In this document: piece by piece, positions 1 through 10,523 of the stretch
How positions within the stretch are numbered: position 1 is the first letter of the stretch
Layout of the letters: each line of letters begins with the position of its first letter
Sequence record: NC_031047.1
From: Escherichia phage HY03
Direction: 5' to 3' (one strand)
DNA: 64,000 nucleotides
Position numbers and translations under genes: made by a program
Notes under the pieces: model-generated
Told to the model about the DNA's origin: nothing
Databases searched by the model: none
What the model saw: only the letters and a program-made list of their open reading frames with translations

Positions 1-33
1 TATAATTGGTCGAGGCAGAAGGATTCTAACCTT

Positions 34-64
<31 letters not shown>

Positions 65-86
65 ACAATTGAGCTATGCCCCGTAA

Positions 87-752
87 TTAAAATTTCATTT
101 TTCGACCTTTAAACCATCCTTCTGGAATTGGGTCAGTTTTCTTAATACGTTTAGAAACTTTTTCATCTAATGAATGAATCCACATCATACCAAATTGGGA
201 ATTCTTTTCACCTTGTTGGTGTTTATTTTTGGCGTGAGATTCTTTCATTTTATTAATAGTTTCAGGAGTATGATGCTTATTTAAAAATCTGCTATTATTT
301 AAAAATTTTTCCCTGTATTCAGGAGTTGACCACAAACGTTTAAATACATTTGAACCATGTTTACGATATTTTTCTTGAAGTAAAATATCATTTTTAAAAC
401 GTGACTTAAACGATTTAGCTCCTTTTAAACTAGCGTCTTTCTTCTGGTTTAGCATCCCAGGAATATTTATATGGTCCCATCCACCTTCACCACCTAATTT
501 CAAATTATAAACATCAGGGCGCTTTAAAAACTCTTCAGTCACAATATTCTTTTCTGACTCAAACATAGAGGTTTTATCGTCAAAGAACTCTAATATTTCT
601 TTAGAAAAATTTTCTATACCATACTTATCTTGAGCTCTTTTTAATAATTTACCAGAACCCATATATCCATCATCTAAATTTTCGGTAGAATGCACACCAA
701 TATAAATTTTATTATTAATTTTATTTGTTATTTTATAAGTGTAATGGAACAT
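87..752 (-). CDS. segB: GIY-YIG homing endonuclease (Seg-type)
   Basis: 221 aa; N-terminal GIY-YIG motifs (KIYIGVHST, YMGSGKLL); adjacent to tRNA cluster as segB is in T4; paralogous to ORF 42446..43063. Confidence 0.65.
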   Translation of the reverse strand: MFHYTYKITNKINNKIYIGVHSTENLDDGYMGSGKLLKRAQDKYGIENFSKEILEFFDDKTSMFESEKNIVTEEFLKRPDVYNLKLGGEGGWDHINIPGMLNQKKDASLKGAKSFKSRFKNDILLQEKYRKHGSNVFKRLWSTPEYREKFLNNSRFLNKHHTPETINKMKESHAKNKHQQGEKNSQFGMMWIHSLDEKVSKRIKKTDPIPEGWFKGRKMKF

Positions 753-793
753 AAATATCTCCTATTTCTAAGAGTATTTATGTTCCCAAAATA

Positions 794-865
794 TGGCCCT
801 GGGTGGAATTGAACCACCATCTGGCGATTATGAGTCGCTTGCTTGAACCTTCCAGCTACAGGGCC
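794..865 (-). tRNA. tRNA-Ile/Met (anticodon CAU)
   Basis: Manual cloverleaf fold of reverse complement: acceptor GGCCCTG/CAGGGCC, anticodon loop CTCATAA, T-arm GGTGG-TTCAATT-CCACC; the T4 CAU tRNA at this position is Ile. Confidence 0.75.
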
Positions 866-871
866 TTGATA

Positions 872-944
872 TGCTGATTGACGGAATCGAACCGCCGACG
901 TCCTCATTACAAGTGAGTTGCTCTACCTACTGAGCTAAATCAGC
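872..944 (-). tRNA. tRNA-Thr (anticodon UGU)
   Basis: Manual fold: acceptor GCTGATT/AATCAGC, anticodon loop CTTGTAA, T-loop TTCGATT. Confidence 0.8.
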
Positions 945-951
945 GAAATTA

Positions 952-1038
952 CGGAGGCGATAGGATTTGAACCTATGAGTCGCCGGAGCGACTGCCGGTT
1001 TTCAAGACCGGTGCATTAAACCACTCTGCCACGCCTCC
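952..1038 (-). tRNA. tRNA-Ser (anticodon UGA)
   Basis: Manual fold: acceptor GGAGGCG/CGCCTCC, anticodon stem CCGGT/ACCGG with loop CTTGAAA, long variable arm, T-arm ATAGG-TTCAAAT-CCTAT. Confidence 0.8.
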
Positions 1039-1040
1039 AG

Positions 1041-1114
1041 TCTCCGCGGCAGGATTTGAACCTGCGACATTCTGCTCCCAAAGCAGACGCTCTACCAAAC
1101 TGAGCTACACGGAG
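1041..1114 (-). tRNA. tRNA-Pro (anticodon UGG)
   Basis: Manual fold: anticodon stem TCTGC/GCAGA, loop TTTGGGA, T-arm GCAGG-TTCAAAT-CCTGC. Confidence 0.8.
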
Positions 1115-1126
1115 TAAATTAAATTT

Positions 1127-1198
<72 letters not shown>

Positions 1199-1204
1199 AA
1201 ACTT

Positions 1205-1291
1205 TGGTACGAGAAGTGGGACTCGAACCCACAAGGAAATCATTCCGCAGCATTTTAAGTGCTGTGCCTTTACCAATTTGACCATTCTCGC
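1205..1291 (-). tRNA. tRNA-Leu (anticodon UAA), CCA encoded
   Basis: Manual fold: acceptor GCGAGAA/TTCTCGT, anticodon stem CAGCA/TGCTG with loop CTTAAAA, long variable arm, T-arm GTGGG-TTCGAGT-CCCAC, 3' ACCA. Confidence 0.8.
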
Positions 1292-1297
1292 GTTATA

Positions 1298-1930
1298 TTA
1301 TTTATTACGTGAAAAAGACTGTTCTATCAATTCTGGACACTTTCGTTCTATCCATTTTCTAGCTTTTTGTGGGCTTATACCTATTATTTTAGCAGCTTTA
1401 CTAACCCATCCAAATTTAGAATAATCGATTTTAACTAATTCTTCGTAAATTTCATCAGTTAAAATCTTTTCATTAATATTTACCAGTAAATGATATAATT
1501 TGTTATCATTAGCAATTTTAATGAATCTTTTATAGTTTCCGCCTTTACTTAAACCTAATGAAGTAATTGCAGATGATATAGTAGCCGAATTTAATAATGC
1601 GTTTAAAATTTCTTCATCACTAACATTATAACGCTTTTTATTATTTTTAATATTTTTACCAGCAAAAGTATCAGTTTGCGAATGACAGTTTGGACATAAT
1701 AATCTTAAATTTGATTTAAGATGATTTTTGTTATTTCCATCAATATGGTCTAATTGCAGAACAATATGCTTATTTTGCCATTTTGAAATTTTACAAATTG
1801 CACACTCATATGGAAAAATATTTTCTTTTATTATTTTGTCTTTCAGCTTTCCTGTACTAAAATTTGGATGTTTTCCTTCAAAAATTTCAGCTAATTTAGT
1901 ATCCATAATATGATTCCCAATTATTAACAA
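1298..1930 (-). CDS. HNH homing endonuclease
   Basis: 210 aa; HNH motif CAICK...LQLDHIDGNNKNHLKSNLRLLCPNCH; abuts tRNA-Leu where T4 carries tRNA-Gln. Confidence 0.65.
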   Translation of the reverse strand: MLIIGNHIMDTKLAEIFEGKHPNFSTGKLKDKIIKENIFPYECAICKISKWQNKHIVLQLDHIDGNNKNHLKSNLRLLCPNCHSQTDTFAGKNIKNNKKRYNVSDEEILNALLNSATISSAITSLGLSKGGNYKRFIKIANDNKLYHLLVNINEKILTDEIYEELVKIDYSKFGWVSKAAKIIGISPQKARKWIERKCPELIEQSFSRNK

Positions 1931-2016
1931 AGGCTCTCAAACAAGAACCCTTGATGATAGAGGGTATTAATCAGTGCGATATGAGTTAATAATAACAAAT
2001 AATTCTTAAAGCATAT

Positions 2017-2304
2017 TTACCATTTATGATGATACGTATTTACGATACATTCAAGACCCAAAGGATTCTTGAAAATATCATATTCAAGAGGACCTTTTTC
2101 TGTTTCAATAAAGAAATCAAAATTTACTGTATTAAATTTACGGTCTTCCTTCACTAATTTAACTTGAGAAGATGAACGGTCAACATAAACCTTTTCAACT
2201 TCAAAACATGTTAAAACGCCATAATCATCAATCAAGGCTTTAGCCGCGTCTTGATCATATTTATATCCATTTTCAATGGACGATACTTTAGCATAAAGAA
2301 TCAT
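2017..2304 (-). CDS. hypothetical protein (95 aa)
   Basis: ORF packed between neighbours on the early strand; no recognisable motif. Confidence 0.45.
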   Translation of the reverse strand: MILYAKVSSIENGYKYDQDAAKALIDDYGVLTCFEVEKVYVDRSSSQVKLVKEDRKFNTVNFDFFIETEKGPLEYDIFKNPLGLECIVNTYHHKW

Positions 2305-2307
2305 TAT

Positions 2308-2688
2308 TTACCCTTCATCAACAATAGTATGAGTGTGGGCATTTACAATTTGCCACCAATCAAAGCGATTAGAACCATACATTGGTTTGTTCTCATTTTC
2401 TTTGATAAGGTCACGGAGTTCATCTTCGGTAGCGGCTTTCGCGATTAAATCAGCATATCCACCGCGAGGATAATAATTATCACCTGCAAAAAGTAAAAAG
2501 TTCGGTTTAATATTATTGAACTCTTCAAGAGTAATAACTGTTCCACCAGGTTGAACAATATCTACATATTTATATCCCAATTTTTGGGCAGCATCTACTG
2601 CTTCAAGCAAAGTATCATGAGCCCATCCAATTTGACAACCTGGCTTTTCAGATGGATTAGCCTGATAATCCGCGTACACTTTATACAT
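2308..2688 (-). CDS. hypothetical protein
   Basis: ORF 2308..2727; likely start at internal Met (MYKVYADYQ) which avoids overlap with upstream ORF. Confidence 0.45.
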   Translation of the reverse strand: MYKVYADYQANPSEKPGCQIGWAHDTLLEAVDAAQKLGYKYVDIVQPGGTVITLEEFNNIKPNFLLFAGDNYYPRGGYADLIAKAATEDELRDLIKENENKPMYGSNRFDWWQIVNAHTHTIVDEG

Positions 2689-2689
2689 T

Positions 2690-2875
2690 CTATTCACCTT
2701 TAGAAATTTTATCCATAACGATAGCAATTAAACCAATTAAAAATGCTACTACAAGTGAAAACACATTTTCTGCTGTAGTTAATAATCCGCATATAAATCC
2801 AACAAACATTGAAAAACTAAAAGCGGAAGCAGAAATTGCAATAGCAACATTTCGAATTAATTCACAACGTTTCAT
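2690..2875 (-). CDS. small hydrophobic (membrane) protein, 61 aa
   Basis: 61-aa ORF with one long hydrophobic stretch; early promoter immediately upstream. Confidence 0.4.
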   Translation of the reverse strand: MKRCELIRNVAIAISASAFSFSMFVGFICGLLTTAENVFSLVVAFLIGLIAIVMDKISKGE

Positions 2876-2896
2876 TTTATTCTCCTCAGTAGTTGA

Positions 2897-2947
2897 TAGG
2901 GTAATAGTATCACAACTAAAACCCTATGTAAACAACTTTGTGAAATA
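2897..2947 (-). promoter_or_regulatory. T4 early-type (sigma70) promoter
   Basis: On minus strand: -35 GTTTAC (2928-2933), 18-bp spacer, -10 TACTAT (2904-2909), preceded by conserved AATTTCACAAAGTT element. Confidence 0.55.
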
Positions 2948-2951
2948 TTTA

Positions 2952-3239
2952 TTACAAAAGATTTTTAGCAATAATTTTGAGCTGAGCTACTGAAATATGC
3001 TTGGCTTTAAACAAAGCAGTTTCTTCAGCAGGAGAGATAACGATTGTAGCACCATCCTTTTTAGCAGACCACCCATCGCCTAGGTAAACAGTACCTTTGA
3101 TTTCTTCGCCATCAACCAGACTAATCATTGGTTTACCTTCTCGTCCTTTATTTGCTTTAATAACTTCAGAAGTAAGAGTAGCTTCGGTAATGGTAGAAAC
3201 CGGGGTAGTTGTAGAAGTAAACTCTTTGAAAGTTTTCAT
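2952..3239 (-). CDS. ipI: internal protein I (IPI), capsid-targeted and injected
   Basis: 95 aa; N-terminal capsid targeting sequence MKTFKEF...ITE|A, cleavage leaving 76 aa as for T4 IPI; next to 57B. Confidence 0.75.
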   Translation of the reverse strand: MKTFKEFTSTTTPVSTITEATLTSEVIKANKGREGKPMISLVDGEEIKGTVYLGDGWSAKKDGATIVISPAEETALFKAKHISVAQLKIIAKNLL

Positions 3240-3262
3240 TTTATTTTCCTAATTAATTTTGA

Positions 3263-3311
3263 TGAGATAATAGTATCACTACCTCATCAGCATGTAAACA
3301 ACTTTGTGAAA

Positions 3312-3312
<1 letters not shown>
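3263..3312 (-). promoter_or_regulatory. T4 early-type promoter upstream of ipI
   Basis: On minus strand: -35 GTTTAC (3294-3299), 18-bp spacer, -10 TACTAT (3270-3275), same AATTTCACAAAGTT upstream element. Confidence 0.55.
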
Positions 3313-4008
<696 letters not shown>

Positions 4009-4009
<1 letters not shown>

Positions 4010-4722
4010 TATAGTACCTTTAGTGTATTTTTAATTTTAGAAAAAAGTTCTTCAAGAGAACCATCGTTTGTAATTACTAAATCACCATCACGAATTGGCA
4101 ATCCAGCTTCTGTAATATGAGTATCATTGGATTTTTGACCAGGACGAACTACATGAATTACTGTAGCACCCATCGCCCTAGCCGCATCCATTTCATGATC
4201 TTGACGAGTATCAGGAACGATATAATAATCATAACCTGAGTTAAATTTATCAAGATAATCTAAAGCAAATAATTTTACCCAATACATGCGGTCGAAGTTA
4301 TTAACAATCAAATCCGTACCTAGGGCTTGCATCAGACGACGGACTGACCATTGATCTTCAATATTATTTATAACGTCAGCAATCTTGTTAAATGCTACGA
4401 AATTAACTGCGTCATCAAAAACAAACACACCTTTAATTGGGCTTTTACTATTAAGATAGCAAAATGCTTGTTCCATAATCGTAATTACTTCTAATTTAGT
4501 CAGATTTAAATTAGTTTCACGATCATAGTCAATTCCTTCAAACTCTTTACGAGTTAAACAAGGATAGTCAGTGTTTGCTGCAAATACACCCCATGCATAA
4601 GCCAATGCATCCTTAATAGGACCAGCAAGTTGATATTTAACTGCAGAATAATTATTCATAATAAAATCAGCAGTAGTATCTTTTCCACTACGCTTTACAC
4701 CACTTAAAAAGATTAGTTTCAT
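4009..4722 (-). CDS. 1: dNMP kinase (gene 1)
   Basis: 237 aa; P-loop GVKRSGKDT; T4 gp1-like size and position. Confidence 0.9.
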
Positions 4723-4771
4723 ATGTTTCTCCTCAAATTTAGTTAAGATTATAACACATGAAACTGAAGCA

Positions 4772-5302
4772 TTAAACTTCTGCTATAATTTTTCCATCTT
4801 TTTCTACTTGAAAATACGTATAAGGAATCGTTGCAGTACATACTAAAGCCGGGTCTGAATCTTCTGTGTAGCTAAATTCTACTTCAGATAGGTCAGAAAC
4901 CCAAGGCTTATAAAAATTTATTGACATCACGATTTCAGTTTTGCTATTATCTAAGATGTAAAGCGTAATGTACTCAGGACCTGTTTTTTGGGCAGTATTT
5001 TCACCTGTAAGATAGTTGCTAGTTCCTAGCATCCATTCATACATTCCTATCCACGACTTAAGTTCTTCATCAACTATAAATCTCACGATGAGTGGGTCAT
5101 ACTCAAATGTAACACCTGGACGTTGTGCTCGGCCCAGTCCAAACGGCCCAGTCACGGTATCAGTAACAGGTATTCTAATTCCTGGAATAGGAACTGACTG
5201 AGCATTTAAAGTAAAAGCAGATGTAGTATTACTATGTGGTATTGATACTACAAAGTTAGTTGTATTTGCTTGGTTAAAAATTTGTTGCAGAGCTTGCGAC
5301 AT
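4772..5302 (-). CDS. 3: gp3 tail completion / sheath stabiliser
   Basis: ORF 4772..5383; T4 gp3 is 176 aa, so the start is probably the internal Met (MSQALQQIFNQ). Confidence 0.7.
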   Translation of the reverse strand: MSQALQQIFNQANTTNFVVSIPHSNTTSAFTLNAQSVPIPGIRIPVTDTVTGPFGLGRAQRPGVTFEYDPLIVRFIVDEELKSWIGMYEWMLGTSNYLTGENTAQKTGPEYITLYILDNSKTEIVMSINFYKPWVSDLSEVEFSYTEDSDPALVCTATIPYTYFQVEKDGKIIAEV

Positions 5303-5408
5303 ATATTCCTCATAATGCTTTATAACTGTTGGTGGTATAATGGGTCTAAGTCCCTTCCATTCAATTCCATTTAGAACAAACAATAGAAAAGAATGGAAGA
5401 TAATAGAA

Positions 5409-6083
5409 TTAATTTATTAGACTTCTTAAACGAGCAGAAGTCATAAATGGAAATTTTTCTAAAGTTGGCTTTCGCCAATATCTTGGATGACAAGTTGATT
5501 TAAAATCAAGAACAATTTTCTTTGCTTCATCAATAGTGTTAACTCCAAAGTTATCTAACATTATTTTCTTTTCTTTTTCCCACCGTTTATTAGCTAAAGC
5601 AGATTGAAGCTTTTTGTTTTTAAATGTGTCATTTTTTCTAGAATGAGTTGTTCCTTGTGTCGGACTCCATCCTCTTCCTAAAATAAATCCCTCAGGAATT
5701 ATATCTCCATCATGTAATTTTATACATCTTTTACCATTATTATAATATTTTCGTCCAGTTTGTGTATTTGAAATATTATTTGCATGTTTTCTTTTTAACC
5801 AACCATAAACTTTATTATTTCTCCTAACATATTTAGTTGAAACCGTCATTTTTATGGCTGCATAAGATAATTTTAAAGAATTTGGGTGTATTTTTACTAA
5901 TAGCTGATGTGCAACATAATGCTCTTCTGGAGTTAAATCAACCAAGTTAGAAGCATCATTACTACCGCCTAAACATTTCGGAATAATATGATGTCTTTCT
6001 TTATATCCAGTAAGGGCTCTATTGCGAGCCCTATCAATTAGTGAATTATAAATTTTTTCATAATTCATCGTACATTGCTCCAA
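5409..6083 (-). CDS. HNH homing endonuclease (Mob-type)
   Basis: 224 aa; HNH motif [29 protein letters not shown]; inserted between genes 3 and 2; N-terminal domain paralogous to ORF 44571..45263. Confidence 0.7.
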   Translation of the reverse strand: MEQCTMNYEKIYNSLIDRARNRALTGYKERHHIIPKCLGGSNDASNLVDLTPEEHYVAHQLLVKIHPNSLKLSYAAIKMTVSTKYVRRNNKVYGWLKRKHANNISNTQTGRKYYNNGKRCIKLHDGDIIPEGFILGRGWSPTQGTTHSRKNDTFKNKKLQSALANKRWEKEKKIMLDNFGVNTIDEAKKIVLDFKSTCHPRYWRKPTLEKFPFMTSARLRSLIN

Positions 6084-6892
6084 ACTTTGTTTGCAGAGAA
6101 ACGTTTTCCTTTGGAGTAGAAGCTTTGGAGTGGCATCAACACAACGTTCGCCCAGTCTTTCGGGGCGATTTCAACAAGGCTACCCATAATATTACCGGGG
6201 ATATATGCCTTAATCATTTGGTCTGCACCCCTAAATCCTTTCACTTGACTCCAATCAATTTTTAATTTCGTTTTATTAGTAATAGTAGGTGTATTTGAAT
6301 ATTGCTTTAAAAGCTCTTCTAGAAATTGCTGACGAGCTTTAGGTGGAATATAGTGCAAGTTTAATCCATACATTAAATTATGCTTACCTAAACCAAGGTA
6401 AATTATCAAAGGAAATTTATCCCAGTAAGGAAGAGTTTCCTTGTGTTTAGCATCATAAGCAAAAGCATATATTCGTCCCGGCTGCGGGCGAACAACCTTA
6501 TGTCCTTTTACTTGCTTAATAGTTTCAGCAAACCACTTTCTGGTTTTATTATTAATTGCTGCGCCTTCATTACGAATTTTATCGCGCAATGTTTGTCTGA
6601 ATGAATTTATCATAAGCAGTTGTCTTTCTTGCTTATTGAGTTTATTCATTGGTTTTGATTCAAGCTTTTGAATCTTTTCAGCCGTTTTAATTCCTGAAGC
6701 ATATTTTGACATTGCCGAAGTAAACGTAGAGTATTTGATTCCTCTTTCTTCAGCAAATTGCTTTCCTGTCATTCCTTTTGCTTTGGCCTTTTTATATTCA
6801 AGACCTATCTGAATCCATTTCTTTTCGTTTAATGATTGCTTAACCTTTGGAACTTGGGGAGTGCTTTCATTAATTATTTGAAAAATAGCCAT
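6065..6892 (-). CDS. 2: gp2 DNA end-protector protein
   Basis: 275 aa; T4 gp2-like size and position between 3 and 4. Confidence 0.8.
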   Translation of the reverse strand: MAIFQIINESTPQVPKVKQSLNEKKWIQIGLEYKKAKAKGMTGKQFAEERGIKYSTFTSAMSKYASGIKTAEKIQKLESKPMNKLNKQERQLLMINSFRQTLRDKIRNEGAAINNKTRKWFAETIKQVKGHKVVRPQPGRIYAFAYDAKHKETLPYWDKFPLIIYLGLGKHNLMYGLNLHYIPPKARQQFLEELLKQYSNTPTITNKTKLKIDWSQVKGFRGADQMIKAYIPGNIMGSLVEIAPKDWANVVLMPLQSFYSKGKRFSANKVWSNVR

Positions 6893-7344
6893 TATGCCCC
6901 CTTAAAGCCAAGAGCTCGTAATCCATCTTCTGTTAGAATTCTAAATTTTATTCCACGCTTTTCAGCTAAAGATTGTGCTGCTTTCCATTTGTCGGTATTA
7001 ACAGAATATGTATAAATTTCATTCATAAATCTTTTCTTCGCTGCGGTTGTTAGATGTGCTGGTTTAACTGGTGGTTGTGTTTCTTTTTTAGGTTTTATTT
7101 CAATAAAAAATTCTTGTCCAGAAGAATCTTTCATCCAAATATCCATGAAGTATCTACGTTTTTTCCCTTCTGCATTACAAAAATAAGGAATTACTGCTGT
7201 TTCACTACCCCATGCAATAATTTCTGGATTTTTATCTAACCATTCAAAAAAGAATTTTTCCCAATTTGATCTATACGTAATTTTTTTAGGGTCACCTCTA
7301 TACTTTGATATATTTTTAGGAACCCATTTTCCAGAATATGCCAT
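6892..7344 (-). CDS. 4: gp4 head completion protein
   Basis: 150 aa; conserved position divergent from gene 53. Confidence 0.8.
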   Translation of the reverse strand: MAYSGKWVPKNISKYRGDPKKITYRSNWEKFFFEWLDKNPEIIAWGSETAVIPYFCNAEGKKRRYFMDIWMKDSSGQEFFIEIKPKKETQPPVKPAHLTTAAKKRFMNEIYTYSVNTDKWKAAQSLAEKRGIKFRILTEDGLRALGFKGA

Positions 7345-7355
7345 TGGATTCTCCT

Positions 7356-7363
7356 TATAAATA
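7356..7363 (+). promoter_or_regulatory. T4 late promoter box TATAAATA
   Basis: Exact TATAAATA about 30 bp upstream of gene 53 start. Confidence 0.5.
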
Positions 7364-7391
7364 GATAATATATTTATAAACAGGAGGGCCC

Positions 7392-7982
7392 ATGCTCTTT
7401 ACATTTTTTGATCCGATTGAATATGCGGCCAAAACGGTGAATAAAAACGCGCCGACTATTCCTATGACAGATATTTTTAGAAACTATAAAGACTATTTTA
7501 AACGCGCTCTTGCGGGATACCGCTTACGTACTTATTATATTAAAGGTTCACCACGCCCGGAAGAATTAGCAAATACTATATATGGAAATCCACAGTTGTA
7601 TTGGGTTTTATTGATGTGTAATGATAATTATGACCCGTATTATGGATGGATTACTTCACAAGAAGCTGCTTATCAAGCATCTATACAAAAATACAAAAAC
7701 GTAGGTGGAGACCAAATAGTATATCATGTAAATGAGAACGGTGAAAAATTTTATAATTTAATATCATACGATGATAATCCATATGTTTGGTATGATAAAG
7801 GTGATAAAGCTAGAAAATATCCTCAATATGAAGGAGCACTTGCTGCTGTTAATACGTATGAAGATGCTGTTCTTGAAAATGAAAAACTTCGTCAAATAAA
7901 AATAATAGCAAAATCAGACATCAATTCATTTATGAACGACCTTATACGTATAATGGAGAAATCTTATGGAAATGATAAGTAA
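7392..7982 (+). CDS. 53: gp53 baseplate wedge protein
   Basis: 196 aa as T4 gp53; precedes gene 5. Confidence 0.85.
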   Translation: MLFTFFDPIEYAAKTVNKNAPTIPMTDIFRNYKDYFKRALAGYRLRTYYIKGSPRPEELANTIYGNPQLYWVLLMCNDNYDPYYGWITSQEAAYQASIQKYKNVGGDQIVYHVNENGEKFYNLISYDDNPYVWYDKGDKARKYPQYEGALAAVNTYEDAVLENEKLRQIKIIAKSDINSFMNDLIRIMEKSYGNDK

Positions 7983-9693
7983 TAACCTTAATTGGTTTGT
8001 TGGTGTTGTTGAAGATAGAATGGACCCATTAAAATTAGGTCGTGTTCGTGTTCGTGTGGTTGGTCTGCATCCGCCTCAAAGAGCACAAGGTGATGTAATG
8101 GGTATTCCAACTGATAAATTACCATGGATGTCAGTTATTCAACCTATAACTTCGGCAGCAATGTCTGGAATTGGAGGCTCCGTTACTGGTCCGGTAGAAG
8201 GAACTAGAGTTTATGGTCATTTTTTAGACAAATGGAAAACTAACGGAATTGTCCTTGGCACGTATGGTGGGATAGTTCGCGAAAAACCTAATAGACTTGA
8301 AGGATTTTCTGACCCAACTGGACAGTATCCTAGACGTCTAGGAAATGATACTAACGTATTAAACCAAGGCGGAGAAGTAGGATATGATTCGTCTTCTAAC
8401 ATTATCCAAGATAGCAATCTAGACACTGCGATAAATCCCGATGATAGACCACTATCAGAGATTCCAACTGATGATAATCCAAATATGTCAATGGCTGAAA
8501 TGCTTCGCCGTGATGAAGGATTAAGACTAAAAGTTTATTGGGATACCGAAGGATATCCGACAATTGGTATTGGTCATCTTATCATGAAGCAGCCAGTTCG
8601 TGATATGACCCAAATTAATAAAGTTTTATCAAAACAAGTTGGTCGTGAAATTACCGGAAATCCAGGTTCCATTACAATGGAAGAAGCGGTAACTTTATTT
8701 GAACGCGATTTGGCTGATATGCAACGTGACATTAAATCACATTCTAAAGTTGGCCCAGTTTGGCAAGCAGTTAATCGTTCTCGTCAAATGGCGTTAGAAA
8801 ATATGGCATTCCAAATGGGCGTTGGTGGCGTAGCTAAATTTAACACAATGTTAACTGCTATGTTAGCCGGAGATTGGGAAAAAGCATATAAAGCCGGTCG
8901 TGATTCATTGTGGTATCAACAAACAAAAGGCCGTGCATCCCGTGTTACCATGATTATTCTTACAGGGAATTTGGAATCATACGGTATTGAAGTTAAAACA
9001 CCAGCTAGGTCTTTGTCAGCAATGGCTGCTACTGTAGCAAAGTCTTCTGACCCGGCTGACCCTCCTATTCCGAATGATTCGAGAATTTTATTCAAAGAAC
9101 CTGTTTCTTCATATAAAGGTGAATATCCGTATGTTCACACAATGGAAACTGAAAGCGGTCATATTCAGGAATTTGATGATACTCCGGGGCAAGAACGATA
9201 CAGATTAGTTCATCCAACTGGAACGTATGAGGAAGTATCACCATCAGGAAGAAGAACGAGAAAAACTGTTGATAATTTGTATGATATAACAAATGCTGAT
9301 GGTAATTTTTTGGTAGCCGGCGATAAAAAGACTAACGTCGGTGGTTCAGAAATTTATTACAACATGGATAATCGTCTTCACCAAATAGATGGAAGCAATA
9401 CGATATTTGTGCGTGGAGATGAAACCAAGACGGTTGAAGGTAATGGAACTATCCTAGTCAAAGGTAATGTTACTATTGTAGTTGAAGGTAATGCTGACAT
9501 TACAGTTAAAGGGGATGCTACCACTTTAGTTGAAGGAAATCAGACTAATACAGTAAATGGAAATCTTTCTTGGAAAGTTGCTGGAACAGTTGATTGGGAC
9601 GTTGGCGGTGATTGGACAGAAAAAATGGCATCTATGAGTTCTATTTCATCTGGTCAATACACAATTGATGGATCGAGGATTGACATTGGCTAA
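7966..9693 (+). CDS. 5: gp5 baseplate hub / tail lysozyme (cell-puncturing device)
   Basis: 575 aa; OB-fold N-terminus, lysozyme domain (MAEMLRRDEGLRLKVYWDTEGYPTIGIGHL), C-terminal VxGxxxxx beta-helix repeats. Confidence 0.95.
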   Translation: MEMISNNLNWFVGVVEDRMDPLKLGRVRVRVVGLHPPQRAQGDVMGIPTDKLPWMSVIQPITSAAMSGIGGSVTGPVEGTRVYGHFLDKWKTNGIVLGTYGGIVREKPNRLEGFSDPTGQYPRRLGNDTNVLNQGGEVGYDSSSNIIQDSNLDTAINPDDRPLSEIPTDDNPNMSMAEMLRRDEGLRLKVYWDTEGYPTIGIGHLIMKQPVRDMTQINKVLSKQVGREITGNPGSITMEEAVTLFERDLADMQRDIKSHSKVGPVWQAVNRSRQMALENMAFQMGVGGVAKFNTMLTAMLAGDWEKAYKAGRDSLWYQQTKGRASRVTMIILTGNLESYGIEVKTPARSLSAMAATVAKSSDPADPPIPNDSRILFKEPVSSYKGEYPYVHTMETESGHIQEFDDTPGQERYRLVHPTGTYEEVSPSGRRTRKTVDNLYDITNADGNFLVAGDKKTNVGGSEIYYNMDNRLHQIDGSNTIFVRGDETKTVEGNGTILVKGNVTIVVEGNADITVKGDATTLVEGNQTNTVNGNLSWKVAGTVDWDVGGDWTEKMASMSSISSGQYTIDGSRIDIG

Positions 9694-10222
9694 TATACTT
9701 CCAATGAGCGCTGATTTAGGAGAATCCATGGAAGGTTCTTCTATCGACGTCACCTTTACCGCTCAATTAGAAACAGGTGAAACGTTAGTATCTATAAATA
9801 TAACTAGTTACGAAGAAACTCCTGGGGTTTTAGTAGAAGAAAATCGCTTATACGGAACGTATGAATCTGTATTTGGATTTGGAAATGACGCATTGAAATA
9901 TCGTTTAGATGATGAATTTAAAACTGCTGCTTCATGGGAAGACCTTCCAACTGATTCTAATACTCAGTTATATCTATGGAAAGCTCCTCAAAACCTCCAG
10001 AAGACATTCACTTATGAAGTAACATTAATATATGACTACCAAGAACAAAGTGAATCTGGAGGTTCTGGCAGTAATTCTAGGTCATCTTCTGATACTACTG
10101 AACCAACGGATCCTCCTGCTCCAATAAGAAAAACTCTTGTTAAAAATTACACAAAAACTATAGTTGGAAATTGGAGCCGTTGGGCTAATAAATTGAGAAG
10201 CTACGTATATGAGAGGCAATAA
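9665..10222 (+). CDS. 5.1: gp5.1-like protein
   Basis: 185-aa ORF between 5 and 5.4; start may be an internal Met. Confidence 0.7.
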
Positions 10223-10515
10223 TGTCAGGATTAAGTTATGATAAGTGTGTTACTGCTGGCCATGAAGCGTGGCCTCCAACAGTTGTGAATGCTACACAAA
10301 GTAAAGTATTCACTGGAGGAATTGCTGTTCTCGTAGCAGGTGATCCAATTACAGAACACACAGAAATTAAAAAGCCATATGAAACACATGGCGGAGTGAC
10401 ACAACCTAGAACTTCTAAGGTATATGTCACTGGAAAGAAAGCTGTTCAAATGGCTGATCCAATATCATGCGGTGATACTGTGGCTCAGGCATCATCTAAA
10501 GTATTCATTAAATAG
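10222..10515 (+). CDS. 5.4: gp5.4 PAAR-repeat spike-tip protein
   Basis: 97 aa; sequence matches T4 gp5.4 from memory. Confidence 0.9.
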
Positions 10516-10523
10516 GATTTAAA

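Noticed and set aside
1728-1913. 61-aa plus-strand ORF
   Set aside because: Entirely inside and antisense to the HNH gene 1298..1930; no RBS; spurious.
8217-8426. 69-aa minus-strand ORF
   Set aside because: Embedded antisense within gene 5; typical six-frame noise. The same holds for other short ORFs nested in 6, 7, 10, 12, 17, 20, 23, 24, 29 and 48.
9400-9600. Periodic DNA repeats (gttgaaggtaat...) that could be a tandem repeat or CRISPR-like array
   Set aside because: They lie inside gene 5 and encode the VxGxxxxx beta-helix repeats of the gp5 needle; no spacer/repeat architecture.
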